Source of the DNA: an uncultured Solirubrobacterales bacterium
GTDB taxonomy: Bacteria; Actinomycetota; Thermoleophilia; Solirubrobacterales; Solirubrobacteraceae
Assembly (NCBI GenBank): GCA_963709205.1
Contig: CAVPVP010000001.1
Span: 100,570-164,569, forward strand
Direction: 5' to 3'
DNA length: 64,000 nt
Shown: in pieces, positions 22,629 through 33,199 of the stretch
Layout: each line of letters opens with the position of its first letter
Numbering within the stretch: position 1 is the stretch's first letter
Translations under genes and position numbers: made by a program
The notes under the pieces: generated by a model
What the model saw: only the letters and a program-made list of their open reading frames with translations
What the model was told of the DNA's origin: nothing
Databases searched by the model: none

Positions 22629-22715
22629 ATTCTATCACGATTAGGGGCCGCTGAGGCCGATAATCGTGATCATTCGCCACCCTCGGTGGAGTTCGTTAAC
22701 GATTAGGGGCCGGCT
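22629..22715 (-). promoter_or_regulatory. Leaderless extended -10 promoter and inverted-repeat operator of the AbiE-like operon
   Basis: TGaTAGAAT-N7-ATG on the minus strand; perfect IR ATCACGATTA(22634-43)/TAATCGTGAT(22661-70); 14-bp repeat ACGATTAGGGGCCG at 22637 and 22699. Confidence 0.65.
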
Positions 22716-22902
22716 AGGCCCATTTCAATGGTCGTTCTACACCCGCTGGCCGCTGCCCGGTTGCCGGACGAGGTCACCGCCGGACTCGGTTAGCTGCGCA
22801 GAGTTGAGAGTAGGCAGGGCTGTCGCCACTCCGTCAGCGTGGCTGGCGGACATGACGGGGCCCGTTGACTGGCCACGCCGACCCGTCCGGGCACAGATCT
22901 GG

Positions 22903-24343
22903 CTAGCTGTCGTCAGTCGGGAATGGAAGCGTCTCCAGGCGATGTCGAGGATCGGATTCTTTTCGGTCGGGAGATCGGGAAGCGCGTTTTCGAGGTTCCA
23001 GGTACGGCGATCAGGGTCTTCGTGGACATTCGTCAGTGGCTCTGGCCCTCCGACGGCGCGGAGTACGTCGACCAGTCGTTCGAGCGCGCGCATTGAGGAG
23101 ACGCTCGTTGGGATCGCGGGCTGAGGGAGCAGGTCCGCGAGGAACGGGCTATTCGCGTGCCAGTAGGGCTCGAGCGTTGCGATGATGGCGATCCGAGGAC
23201 GATCGGCTGGAACTTCAGCGAACGCAGCATGGCCGTCGGTGAGGAGCTGGTCGGTTCGGGCCACCTGCTTGTACGCCTTACCCAGAGAGCGCTTCACGTC
23301 TTCCTTGAGCTTGTTGCCGCCCATCCGCGCGAGCTGACTCATTCGTGTGGACTTCACCTCGACCAGCACGACGAGGTCGTCGAAGATGACGAACCAGTCG
23401 ACGGAGAGCTGATCATCGTCGTAGCGAATCTCGGGCAGCACAGTGGCGTTCGGGATCAGCCGTAGCTGCCGGCCGACATAGTTCTCACACAGGAGTCCGA
23501 TGTCGCGTGTGAACGCGTTGGCCTGCTCAGCGCCGAGTGCCTCGACTGCCGCGTAGTAGAGAGCGGCCGGGGAAAGGCGCTGGAAGACGAAGTGAGGCTG
23601 CGGCGCGATGTGGCGGCTGTCCGGGAGCGTGACGAACGGGCGGCTGACAAGCGGATTGAACTCGTGGTGGCGGAGCCGGACATCGGATTGCTCAGCCTTC
23701 CGGGCGGCCACGCGAATCTGATCGAAATCCGCGAGGAACTGCTGCTCGAAGATTCGGCGGACGGTGTCGATCGGGAAATGCAGATCGATCGCGTGTCGGC
23801 CTTCGCGCAACGCTGGCCAGTCTGGATCAAGAAACCTGTGTTCGCCTGGGTGCTGGTGGCGAGAACGAAGCCTGCGACAACGAACTGCTCGAGCGAGCAA
23901 CCGAGGACGCGCTCGATCAGTGCCCGGTCCAGGATTTCAGTCTCGAGTTCCTCGACGGTCTCGAACAGTGCCCCCAGACGGCTGATCTCCTCGAAATGTC
24001 ATTGCTGGTAGGAGAACTGCTCGTAGGAGGTGCGTACAAGAAACGCCCCGACCGTCTCGCTCAGGTCCGCAGGCTGATGTGCGAGCGATGCGTCAAGTGC
24101 GTTGTAGGCCTGGCAGATCTCGATGACATCCCTCTCGCTGACGCCGGGCTTGCGATGCTCACTGCCGGCCACGATGCTCGCCTTGGCGGCGGCAGCGACG
24201 GACCAAGGGAACCGGACGCGATCCGCCGTCCATGCTTCCTGCGGCCACAAACTCACCGACGTGTGCGCGAGCGCGATCAGCAGGTCGCTTGGGCGGTGGC
24301 GATGAACTCGCTGCAGAAAGTCCGTGTAGCGGTGTCCGGGCAT
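22903..24343 (-). pseudogene. Large helical protein with C-terminal PD-(D/E)XK/NERD-like nuclease, disrupted
   Basis: GLLCENYV...VDWFVIFDDLVVLVEVKS; in-frame TGA at 23999-24001; frameshifts near 23835 and 22925. Confidence 0.65.
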
Positions 24344-24856
24344 CTTCTCGCGCTGAGCTGTCGCGCCACGCCATCATGATGCCTGGCTCTTACTACAGCA
24401 CGCTCAGCTTTCATGCCTACGCCGGCCCCAACGCCTCCTCGCCGAGTAGTGAAAGCAGGTCGTCTGTCGACGGCTCGTTCCTCAGCGATCGGCAGCGGCG
24501 ACGCCCTCTCCGAGAGCGGCGTCGCGACCCTCGTCCGGTCGCGTGGCAGGCGACACGTGGCGCGGTGCGCGGGGAGCATCGGCAGTTCCAACGTCGCCTT
24601 CCGCGGGATTAGCCCGATCCGGCGCTTGTACGACGGGTAGGCGGAGGGGATCGCTGACCATTCATTTTCCATTGGGAACTCGCCTACCGAGCTCGTGCTG
24701 CGAGCCGAACGCAGATCACCTGGAGCGCTGCGAGCAGCCCGGCCGTGGCCTTTGAGCCCACAATGGCTTCCAGCAGGCTTCCACGCCACTCTTCAGCGAC
24801 CCTGCGAACGACCTCCGAGTGCGGGAACGCCCGGTACACGCAGGCGATTCCTCAGA

Positions 24857-24929
<73 letters not shown>

Positions 24930-25175
24930 CGGGCGACGCCGATGGTACTGATGGAGGGCCCGCGGCCGGCTGGCCGGAGCGTCCGGCTGGTGTCCGTGTG
25001 CCAACGTTCGTTTCCAACATGCTCGCTTGTCCGTTCGAAAGTGCTGTCTACATTTCGAACACGACCCGCCAAGCGCGGACTACGGAGACATGACCCGAAT
25101 CGAGACCGAAACGCGAAGTCAAGACCAGATCTCAGAGAGCGTCGCCGAATCTCAAGCAGAACGGCGGCGACGGCC

Positions 25176-25553
25176 ATGGCGGTGACCGACCGCAGCCCGA
25201 TGCTCGAGATCTCGAATGCCATGGTCCGGCTCTACAAGGAGGCGTTCGGGCGCGGGCCCACGAAGGCGCGCGCGCAGTTCGCCGGGCCGGACACGCTGAT
25301 CGTGATCCTCGAATCCAGCCTCACCGTCGCTGAGCGCAACCTGGTGGCGATGGGCGAGCATCAGCGGCTGCGCGAAGCCAGGCTGTTCTTTCAATACGCG
25401 CTCGAGGACCAGTTCCGCGGCATCGTCGAGCAGGCGCTCGGCCGCCGCACGGTGGCGTTCGTAAGCGGCATCGACGCGGCCCGCGATGTGGCGATGGAAA
25501 TCTTCACGCTCGAGCCGACGGACCTCGACGGCTCAACTCCGAGCGAACCGTAA
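25176..25553 (+). CDS. DUF2294 / MpsC-family protein
   Basis: EISNAMVRLYKEAFGRGPTKAR...LTVAERNL...EIFTL. Confidence 0.85.
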   Translation: MAVTDRSPMLEISNAMVRLYKEAFGRGPTKARAQFAGPDTLIVILESSLTVAERNLVAMGEHQRLREARLFFQYALEDQFRGIVEQALGRRTVAFVSGIDAARDVAMEIFTLEPTDLDGSTPSEP

Positions 25554-25579
25554 AGCGGCTCCGGCGATCCGGCAGGCCG

Positions 25580-25813
25580 CTAGGACTCGTGCTCGCGCGC
25601 GTGCTCGGCCTGAACCTCGACCGCCTGGCGGTGGATGTCCGCCGCGGCGCGGTGAGTCTCCGCCTCGCGACGGTACGACGCCGCGGACGGCTCGCTGGTG
25701 GCTTCCTTTGCCTTGCGTGTCGCCTCGCGCTCGTGCTCGAGCGCGCGGGCTTCGCGTTGCCGCGCACGCTGCTCGCGCGCCTTGGCCTCACGCACCAACT
25801 GCTCATCGGTCAT
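25580..25813 (-). CDS. Small charged helical hypothetical protein
   Basis: 77 aa, rich in A/E/R/H. Confidence 0.5.
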   Translation of the reverse strand: MTDEQLVREAKAREQRARQREARALEHEREATRKAKEATSEPSAASYRREAETHRAAADIHRQAVEVQAEHAREHES

Positions 25814-25857
25814 ACTGGCCTTGTTCCCTCGGGGCGGGAGCGTAATCCGGTAGATAG

Positions 25858-26802
25858 ATGGCCGCCACGGACCGAGTCCCGCTGCTGGACGCCAAGCTTG
25901 AGCTGACGCGTCGACTCGTGCCCGAAGAACGCGCCGAGTTGGTCGGCGTCACGCTGTCCGTGATCGAGACCGGCCCCGGGCCGCTGGCCGTCGCCGGCGT
26001 GCTCCGACGAAACAACGCGTTCGCGGCGGCACTGCTCGAGGGCGTACTCGTCCACAGCCTGCAGGTCGGCGAGCAGGCCGGAATTCAGCTGCTCGGGCCG
26101 GGGGATCTCCTCGTTCAGAGCAACGACACCGCGCCTTCGTGGCTTCACGACGTAGCATTTCGCGCGCCGGCCCCGGTGCGTATGACGATACTCGGCGACG
26201 GGTTCCTCGGAGCGGCGCGACGTGTCCCTCGACTGATCCCGGCGCTGTACGAGTGCCTCGCCGATCAGATGCAGCGGTTGAGCAGCCAACTCGTCATCTG
26301 CCAGCTGCCGCGCGTCGATCAGCGGGTCCTCGCAATGCTGTGGCTGCTGGCGGAATCCTGGGGCCACGTCACCCCGGGAGGGGTCAGGCTCCCGCTCTCG
26401 CTGACGCATGAGACGCTCGGTAGTCTGATCGGGGCACGCCGGCCAACAGTGACGCTGGCGCTGCGAAAACTCAGCGAGAAGGGCTCGGTCGTGCGCCAGG
26501 AATCCGGCTGGCTGCTGCTCGAGCCGCCGCCCGAGCCGGAAGGGACTCCGAAGGAGCTCGCGCCAGAGCTGGCGGGTATCTCGCTGTCACGGTGGGCACC
26601 GGGACCCGAGCTGCTGGATCCGAGCGTTCGTTTCGCGGGTCTGATCGAGACGGTCCAAAGGCTTCGCGAGCGGCACGTCTACGACCGACAGCAGACGCGC
26701 GAGCAGCTTCAGCGCATCCGTACCACACGGGTGCGCATGAGCGCGGCGCGCCAGCGGATCTCGCAGGATGCGCTCAGGAGGGGACGTCCTCCATCGTCAT
26801 GA
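25858..26802 (+). CDS. Crp/Fnr family transcriptional regulator
   Basis: LLGPGDLL cNMP-like domain; HTH LTHETLGSLIGARRPTVTLALRKL. Confidence 0.88.
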   Translation: MAATDRVPLLDAKLELTRRLVPEERAELVGVTLSVIETGPGPLAVAGVLRRNNAFAAALLEGVLVHSLQVGEQAGIQLLGPGDLLVQSNDTAPSWLHDVAFRAPAPVRMTILGDGFLGAARRVPRLIPALYECLADQMQRLSSQLVICQLPRVDQRVLAMLWLLAESWGHVTPGGVRLPLSLTHETLGSLIGARRPTVTLALRKLSEKGSVVRQESGWLLLEPPPEPEGTPKELAPELAGISLSRWAPGPELLDPSVRFAGLIETVQRLRERHVYDRQQTREQLQRIRTTRVRMSAARQRISQDALRRGRPPSS

Positions 26803-28617
26803 TCACCCCTGAGGCGTTGCCGTCGCCACCGCTGCCCAGCGGCAGGAAGGTCACGCGGCACGTGAACGTCTTTCCCCGGCGGTTCGTCGCCTCGAGCACA
26901 ACTTCCTCGCGCTGAGACTTTCCGGTCAGGGTGTCGCGGACCTGCTGGCGCAGCTTCTCGACCGGCAAGCCGATGTCGAGCGCCATCAGGTGTTCGTCCT
27001 CGGCCTCCGTCCGACGGTAGGCCCCACAGTTCCCGGGCTTTGCCGTTCCAGATCTGGACGCGCTGGTTTCGGTCCAGCACCGCGACCGCCAGGCCGATCG
27101 TCGTCAGGATCGTCTCGAGGAACGAGTTGACGTCATTGAGCTCCTGGCTGCGGTGCCGGAGCTCTTCGTTCATCGTCTCGAGCTCCTCGTTCGTCGACTG
27201 GAGCTCCTCGTTCATCGTCTCGAGCTCCTCGTTCGTCGACTGGAGCTCCTCGTTCGTCGTCTCGAGCTCCTCGTTCGCCGACTGGAGCTCCTCGTTCGTC
27301 GTCTCGAGCTCCTCGACCGTCGACTGGAGCTCCTCATAGGCCTGCTCGAGCTGTCGCTTTGAGCCGGTCAGCTGATCCTGGAGCTTATGGGCCTCGGTGA
27401 CGTCGATGTACGCGATGCTCGTCCCCATCGCCGCCCCGTCGCTCGTGAGCGGAGTCAGCCGAACGTCGAAGATCCGCTCGAGGTCACCGGCTCGCCAGTG
27501 AACCGCCCTAATCTCCGACGGCCGCACGTCGCGATCGAGCGAGTCGAGGTGGCTGCGGAGCTCGAGCGGGCGGTAGGACAGATCGAGGTCCTGAATCGGC
27601 CTGCCGAAGTCGTTCAGCCCCAACCCGAACATCCTGCGCGCCGAGTCGTTGGCCATGATCATCACGCGGTTGTCGTCGAGGACCACCTGGGCTGCGCCGA
27701 CAATGTCGAAGGCCGCCTCACGAAGGTTGTCGGCCTCGGTCGGCGGGTGACCCCGGAACCCATCGTCTGCCATCACGCGCACGCGGTCGCGGAGCGTCGG
27801 CTTGATCATCTTTCGGAACACCCGTCCGCTTGAGCTCGACGGGAGCGAACAGGTCCGCATGCGTGATCAGCATCTCGGACCTGCCGAGCAGGAGATATCC
27901 ATCGTCGTCGAGCGCGAAGTGGAAGCGCCGCAGGATCCGCGATTGGGTCTCCGCGTTGAAGTACATGAGCGTGTTGCGGCATACGAGCAGGTCTATGCGC
28001 GAGATCGGAGCGTCCTGGACAAGATCGTTTCGACCGAAGATGACGCTTCGCCGCAGATCCTTGCGGAACACGTAGCTCTGCTCGGTGCGCTCGAAGAAGC
28101 GCTCGAGCGCCTCGGGTGGCACGTCCTCGACCTGACGCGAGAGGTAGGCGCCATGCCGGGCTTGATCGAGGGCCTCGTCGTCGATGTCCGTGGCGTAGAT
28201 CTTGACGCGCTCACGGAAGACCGAATCACCCATCACGCGGGCGAGCACCATCGCGACGGTGTACGGCTCCTCTCCTGACGCGCAACCGGCGCACCACAGG
28301 CGAAGGGGGCAATCGGGGATGCGCGTGGCCAGCAGCTGAGGGAGAACCTCGTCGCCTAGGTAATCCCAGGTCTGGGGATCACGGAAGAAGCCCGTCGTGT
28401 TGATCAGGAGCGTGTTGAACAGCTCGACGAACTCCTCGCCGTGGAGCTCGAGATAGTCGACGTAGTCGTCGTAGCGCTCGGCACCGACGGCGGCCATCCG
28501 CTTGGCGACGCGGCGCTGGATCGTCGATCGCTTGTAGCCCGTGAAGTCGAAGCCACGCGTTTCCTTGACGAACTCGAGCACCGCGTCGAGGCTGATGTCC
28601 ACCCGCGGGGCTGTCAC
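26774..28617 (-). pseudogene. cheR: CheR methyltransferase + PAS + coiled coil + PAS, split by two frameshifts
   Basis: GFDFTGYK, TGFFRD, WCAGCASGEEPY, CRNTLMYF, LLLGRSE; shifts near 27825 and 27010. Confidence 0.8.
27160..27335 (-). repeat. Coding 21/42-bp heptad repeat (NEELETT/NEELQST) within cheR
   Basis: Repeated GAGCTCCTCGTTC units. Confidence 0.9.
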
Positions 28618-28760
28618 GCAGCACCCTCCACCTCAGCGATGTGATCCTCCTCGTCGATTTCCCACACCCGGGTCAGTACCTCGACACCGCCCGCAGACGC
28701 ACCGATGACGACCAGGTCGCGCCCACCGTCGAGATCCTCGTGGAGTCGATCCCCTTCCAC
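28614..28760 (-). pseudogene. cheB: cheB remnant (internal deletion)
   Basis: RDLVVIGASAGGVEVL joined directly to WEIDE and a short tail; stop overlaps the cheR start. Confidence 0.7.
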
Positions 28761-28849
28761 GACCGAAAGCGTACGCCCAGTCGTGAGCGCGTTCCACCTT
28801 TTCGGGCGTCCGCGCGAACCCGAACGCGACAACCGCCCGTGAGCTCATC

Positions 28850-29356
28850 TCAGGCGAACAGCGCCGCCTGGGTGAAGCCGGGCGCACGCTCGATCTCGAG
28901 CATCCGCCGCTTCGTCGCGAGCCCGCCCGGCGCCGAGAATCCGTGGAGCGCGCCGGTCGCCGCGAGCACGCGATGGCAAGGCACGATGATGGGGACCGGA
29001 TTCTGCGCGAGCGCCGCGCCGACCGCCCGCGCGACGCCTGGCTCACCGATCGCGCGGGCTATCTCGCCGTAGCTGGCGGTGGCGCCCGGCCCGACTTCCC
29101 GCGTCGCGGCGTAGACGCGCCGCCGGAACTCGTCCAGGTCGCGCTCGTCGAGCACAACCGAGCGCAGATCAGGGCGGCCGCCGTCCAGCAGCGACACGAT
29201 CCCGGCGATCGCTGCTCGCACTCCGTCGGGCACGCCGGTCGAGGCCTCGAGGCCGGGACGGCTCAGGCCCGGCTGGCGCGGCAGGGCCAATCCTGTGACC
29301 CCGACGTCGCTCCAGCTCATGCCACAGGCTCCGATCGCGGTCTCGAACAGCAGCAT
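28850..29356 (-). CDS. ogt: Methylated-DNA-[protein]-cysteine S-methyltransferase
   Basis: SYGEIA, ARAVG.A.AQNP, active-site PCHRV. Confidence 0.92.
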   Translation of the reverse strand: MLLFETAIGACGMSWSDVGVTGLALPRQPGLSRPGLEASTGVPDGVRAAIAGIVSLLDGGRPDLRSVVLDERDLDEFRRRVYAATREVGPGATASYGEIARAIGEPGVARAVGAALAQNPVPIIVPCHRVLAATGALHGFSAPGGLATKRRMLEIERAPGFTQAALFA

Positions 29357-29435
29357 CCCGACAGCCGAGGCTAGCGATCCACCTGGACAGCGACGAGCGC
29401 CGATGAATCTCGACCGGCGCGCGCGTCTAACCCGT

Positions 29436-30941
29436 ATGCCGACCGAGCCGACGCCCCGAAAGGAGCCGACCGCGACCTCAGACATCCGAAACCGCTGGAT
29501 CGCCCTGGTCCTCTTGTGCATGGGCTCGCTGATGATCGTGCTGGACACGACGATCGTGAACGTGGCTCTGCCGTCAATCCGGGGTGACCTCCACTTCTCC
29601 CCGACGTCGCTGGCCTGGGTGGTCAACGCGTATATGCTCACGTTCGGAGGCTTCCTGCTGCTCGGCGGGCGACTCGGCGATCACTTCGGCCACCGCCCCC
29701 TGTTCGTCGCGGGGATCCTGCTGTTCACGGCGGCATCGCTCGCCTGCGGCCTCTCGACCGCGAAGGGATTCCTCGTCGCGGCGCGGGCGGTTCAGGGGTT
29801 CGGCGGCGCGATCGTGTCCGCCGTGTCGCTGTCGCTGATCGTGTCGTTGTTCGTCGAGCCCGCCGACCGGGCGAAGGCCATGGGCGTGTTCGGGTTCGTC
29901 GCGGCCGGTGGCGGCACGCTCGGCGTGCTTCTCGGCGGCGTCCTGACCGATCTGCTCGATTGGCACTGGATCTTCCTGGTCAACGTTCCGATCGGAATCG
30001 CGGTCGCCGTCCTCGCTCCGCGGGTGCTCCCCGCGGGCCGCGCACCGCGCGCCGGCGGGCGTCTCGACGTCACGGGCGCGGTGATCGTGACCGCGGCGCT
30101 GATGCTCGCGGTGTATGCGATCGTCAATGGAAATCAGGTCGGATGGCTGTCCGGACAGACCGTCGGGTTGCTGACGGCCTCCGCCGCACTCCTGGTCGCG
30201 TTTGTGGTGGTGGAGTCCCGCGTGCGCGCGCCGTTGATGCCACTTGCTCTCTTGCGGCGCCGGAACCTCGCCACCGCCAACGCGGTCGGCGTCCTGTGGG
30301 CGGCGGCTATGTTCGCGTGGTTCTTCCTGTCGGCGCTCTACCTGCAACTCGTGCTCGGCTACACCCCGCTTCAAGTCGGGCTGGCGTTCCTGCCCGCGAA
30401 CCTGATCATGGCCGCCCTGTCGCTGGGCCTCTCGGCCAAGCTCGTGATGCGCTTTGGCATCAAGCGGCCCCTGGTCGTCGGCCTCACGCTCGCCGCCCTC
30501 GGCCTCGCGCTCCTGGCACGCGCGCCGGTGCACGGGCACTACCTCGTCAACCTGCTGCCGAGCATGATCCTGCTCGGATTTGGCGCCGGCACGGCCTTCA
30601 ATCCGTTGCTGCTCGCGGCGATGGGTGACGTCGAGCCGAGCGAGGCCGGCCTCGCGTCGGGGATCGTCAACACCTCGTTCATGATGGGAGGCGCACTGGG
30701 GCTCGCGGTGCTCGCGAGCGTCGCCAGTTCCCGCACGAACCACCTGCTCGCCACCGGGGCCAACCACCTGAGCGCGCTCGTCGGCGGTTACCGCGTCGCG
30801 TTCGTCATCGGCGCCGCGTTCGCCGTGCTGGTCGCCACCCTCAGCGCGCACATGCTCCGCACAGGTGCAATCGAGGCCGCCAACGAGAGCCCGAGCGGGG
30901 CCTCGTCGTGCGGACCGGCCTTCGCCGACGCGAACCTGTAG
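29436..30941 (+). CDS. DHA2 (EmrB/QacA) MFS transporter
   Basis: LDTTIVNVALP, GGRLGD.FG, WHWIFLVNVPIG; about 14 TM helices. Confidence 0.93.
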   Translation: MPTEPTPRKEPTATSDIRNRWIALVLLCMGSLMIVLDTTIVNVALPSIRGDLHFSPTSLAWVVNAYMLTFGGFLLLGGRLGDHFGHRPLFVAGILLFTAASLACGLSTAKGFLVAARAVQGFGGAIVSAVSLSLIVSLFVEPADRAKAMGVFGFVAAGGGTLGVLLGGVLTDLLDWHWIFLVNVPIGIAVAVLAPRVLPAGRAPRAGGRLDVTGAVIVTAALMLAVYAIVNGNQVGWLSGQTVGLLTASAALLVAFVVVESRVRAPLMPLALLRRRNLATANAVGVLWAAAMFAWFFLSALYLQLVLGYTPLQVGLAFLPANLIMAALSLGLSAKLVMRFGIKRPLVVGLTLAALGLALLARAPVHGHYLVNLLPSMILLGFGAGTAFNPLLLAAMGDVEPSEAGLASGIVNTSFMMGGALGLAVLASVASSRTNHLLATGANHLSALVGGYRVAFVIGAAFAVLVATLSAHMLRTGAIEAANESPSGASSCGPAFADANL

Positions 30942-31020
30942 CCAGAACCGAGACTAGACGGGCGTCCGCACCCGGGGCGCCCGTCTCAAGCTCGGCGCGG
31001 CAGCCCCCGAAAGGCACACC

Positions 31021-32490
31021 ATGAGGCTGATCCGACCGCGCCTGCCCGTCCTCGGGCTGCTCGCCCGTTCTGCGGTGATCCCGGCGGTCCTGATGGTCAC
31101 CAGCAACATGGTGATGGTGATGTTCATTCCCGCCGTCCACATGGCCGTGGTGGGCGTCGCCGGCGCAGTGGCCGCGACCTCGGCGATTGCGATGTCGATC
31201 ATCGCCGCGCGTCGGAACGATGGCCACGCTGTGTGGATCGGCATGGCGTTCTCGGCCATCGCCACGATCCTGGTGATCCATGGCCTCGCTACTCCCGGGG
31301 TGATCGTGCCGGCCAACGGCCTCGTCCAGGTCGCGGGCGCGCTGAACCTGCCGGTCTGCGGAATCATCCTGGCCGCGTCGGGGTTGCCGGTGCTGCGCCG
31401 ACCGCGCCGCGTCAAGCTGCTGCTGGCCACCCAGTTCCTGGTGGTCGCCACGCTCGCGGCCGCCGGGGCCGTGGCGCTCGTGTTCGCGCGTTCGATCCCC
31501 GTGGTGCCGAACCCGTCGACGGTCACCTCCAACCTGGTCTTCGCCGCCGGCGCGCTCCCGCTGGCACTCCTGGCCTGGCGTGCCGCCCGCACCTACCTCC
31601 TGACCAGGCGCCGCCCGGACCTGATCGTGGTGGAGGGCGTCGTGTGGCTGATCGCCGCACAATACGGCCTCCTGAACCTCTCGACGATGGACGGCGCATG
31701 GTGGATGGCGCACGCGCTCGAGGTCGCGGGAATCGGGATGGTGGCCATCCCGGTCGCCCTCGATCTCCGGCACGCGGTGGCCTCGCGCCCGCTCGTCGGC
31801 GACCTGCGCGCCTCCGACCTGGTCGAGCACGAGGAGACGTTCCTCGGCGGCCGAGTCCGCGCGCTGCTGGTCCGGCTCGGCGAGAAGGACCCATCCACCG
31901 AGGGACACACTCGCCGGGTCGCGACCCTCGCGGTCGCAATCGGGGAGCGTCTGGGCCTTCCCGAGGGGCGGCTGCGCCAGCTCGCGCTGGGCGGCCTGCT
32001 CCACGACGTCGGCAAGCTGTCCGTGCCGAACGAGATCCTGAACAAGCCGGGCCGGCTCACCGATGAGGAGTTCGACGAGATCCGTCGCCATCCGGCCGCC
32101 GGCCGCGAGCTCCTGGCCGAGCTGGGCGGGTTCTCGCCGCTGGTCCTCGACCTCGTCGAGAGTCATCACGAGCGCATCGACGGCAACGGCTACCCCAATC
32201 GCCGGCCGGCGGGTGAGCTTGACCTCGCGGTTCGCATCCTGACCGTGGCCGACGTCTACGACGCGCTCACCGCAGACCGCGTGTACCGCGAGGCGTGGCC
32301 CGCCGAGCGGGCGCTCGCGCTGCTCGACGAGGAAACCGGCCTCGCCTTCGATCCCGATTGCGTGGCCGCGCTGCGCGCCGTGGTCGCCCCGAAGCAGCCC
32401 GAGCTCAGCCCGGCGCCGGCGACGCGCGAACCCGACGCCGCGCCCGCCCGCGGCCTCCCAGGACCGATATTCGGCGAAGCGGCAGCTTGA
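31021..32490 (+). CDS. Membrane-bound HD-GYP c-di-GMP phosphodiesterase
   Basis: About 7 TM helices, then LLHDVGK, HHERIDGNGYP, VADVYDAL. Confidence 0.88.
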   Translation: MRLIRPRLPVLGLLARSAVIPAVLMVTSNMVMVMFIPAVHMAVVGVAGAVAATSAIAMSIIAARRNDGHAVWIGMAFSAIATILVIHGLATPGVIVPANGLVQVAGALNLPVCGIILAASGLPVLRRPRRVKLLLATQFLVVATLAAAGAVALVFARSIPVVPNPSTVTSNLVFAAGALPLALLAWRAARTYLLTRRRPDLIVVEGVVWLIAAQYGLLNLSTMDGAWWMAHALEVAGIGMVAIPVALDLRHAVASRPLVGDLRASDLVEHEETFLGGRVRALLVRLGEKDPSTEGHTRRVATLAVAIGERLGLPEGRLRQLALGGLLHDVGKLSVPNEILNKPGRLTDEEFDEIRRHPAAGRELLAELGGFSPLVLDLVESHHERIDGNGYPNRRPAGELDLAVRILTVADVYDALTADRVYREAWPAERALALLDEETGLAFDPDCVAALRAVVAPKQPELSPAPATREPDAAPARGLPGPIFGEAAA

Positions 32491-32603
32491 GCGACCCCTA
32501 CGGCGGTCGCCTATTGGCCTACCCCGAGCGCGACTTGCACGGCTCGGCGCACCGAACGCAGCGCACCGGATAGGCTCCGGCGCCGCCAACCAAGGAGGAC
32601 GAG

Positions 32604-32903
32604 ATGGTCAAGCTGGTGGTCGGTTACGGTCAGCCGGAGGACCCGGCCGCGTTCGACGAGCATTACGTAAGCACGCATATCCCGCTGGTGGACAAGATCC
32701 CGAACCTGCGCCGGTTCGAATCGGGGAAGGTGCTCGGGGCGCCCGACGGCTCCGCGCCACCGTTCTATTACCTCGCGGAGCTGTGGTTCGACGACCCCGA
32801 GCAGCTCCAGGCAGCTATGGGGAGCCCCGAGGGACAGGCTGCCGGAGCCGATGTCGAGACGTTCGCGACCGGCGGAGCGACGCGCATCATCGCCCAGACG
32901 TGA
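32604..32903 (+). CDS. EthD family protein
   Basis: PEDPAAFDEHY...HIPL...AELWFD. Confidence 0.85.
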   Translation: MVKLVVGYGQPEDPAAFDEHYVSTHIPLVDKIPNLRRFESGKVLGAPDGSAPPFYYLAELWFDDPEQLQAAMGSPEGQAAGADVETFATGGATRIIAQT

Positions 32904-32977
32904 GCTGACTACGACGTTGGTTGAGCGGGTCGCGCGCCGCCTCATCACGGGCGGCGGCCTGAGCCGATCAACCGAGC

Positions 32978-33199
32978 ATGAGCATCGGAGCAGTCAGCGG
33001 GCTGAGCGGGTTTGCCGCCGCGCAGTCGATGTTCGGTGTCGCGGCGCAGGCGGCTGGGAGCGTGGACTCCTCGGGCGCGGACGCCGGTGCGAGCGCGTCG
33101 GGCGCGGACGCGGGCGCGGCTGCGGCCGAGCAGGCGAGCGTCGCCGTTCTGCGGATGGCGCTCGACCAGGAACGCTCGCTCGTCAACGTCCTGGCCTGA
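32978..33199 (+). CDS. Small YjfB-like protein
   Basis: ASVAVLRMALDQE motif, C-terminal VNVLA. Confidence 0.45.
   Translation: MSIGAVSGLSGFAAAQSMFGVAAQAAGSVDSSGADAGASASGADAGAAAAEQASVAVLRMALDQERSLVNVLA

Noticed and set aside
23999-24001. In-frame TGA as selenocysteine
   Set aside because: No Cys-motif context, no evident downstream hairpin, and the same gene carries frameshifts.
24344-24856. Integrase next to tRNA-Val, or a duplicate of its 3' end elsewhere
   Set aside because: No recombinase motifs in any listed ORF, and I did not spot a second copy of the tRNA-Val 3' end by eye.
27160-27335. Regular 21/42-bp repeats as a CRISPR or non-coding array
   Set aside because: They encode the standard NEELQST/NEELETT coiled coil of CheR fusion proteins.
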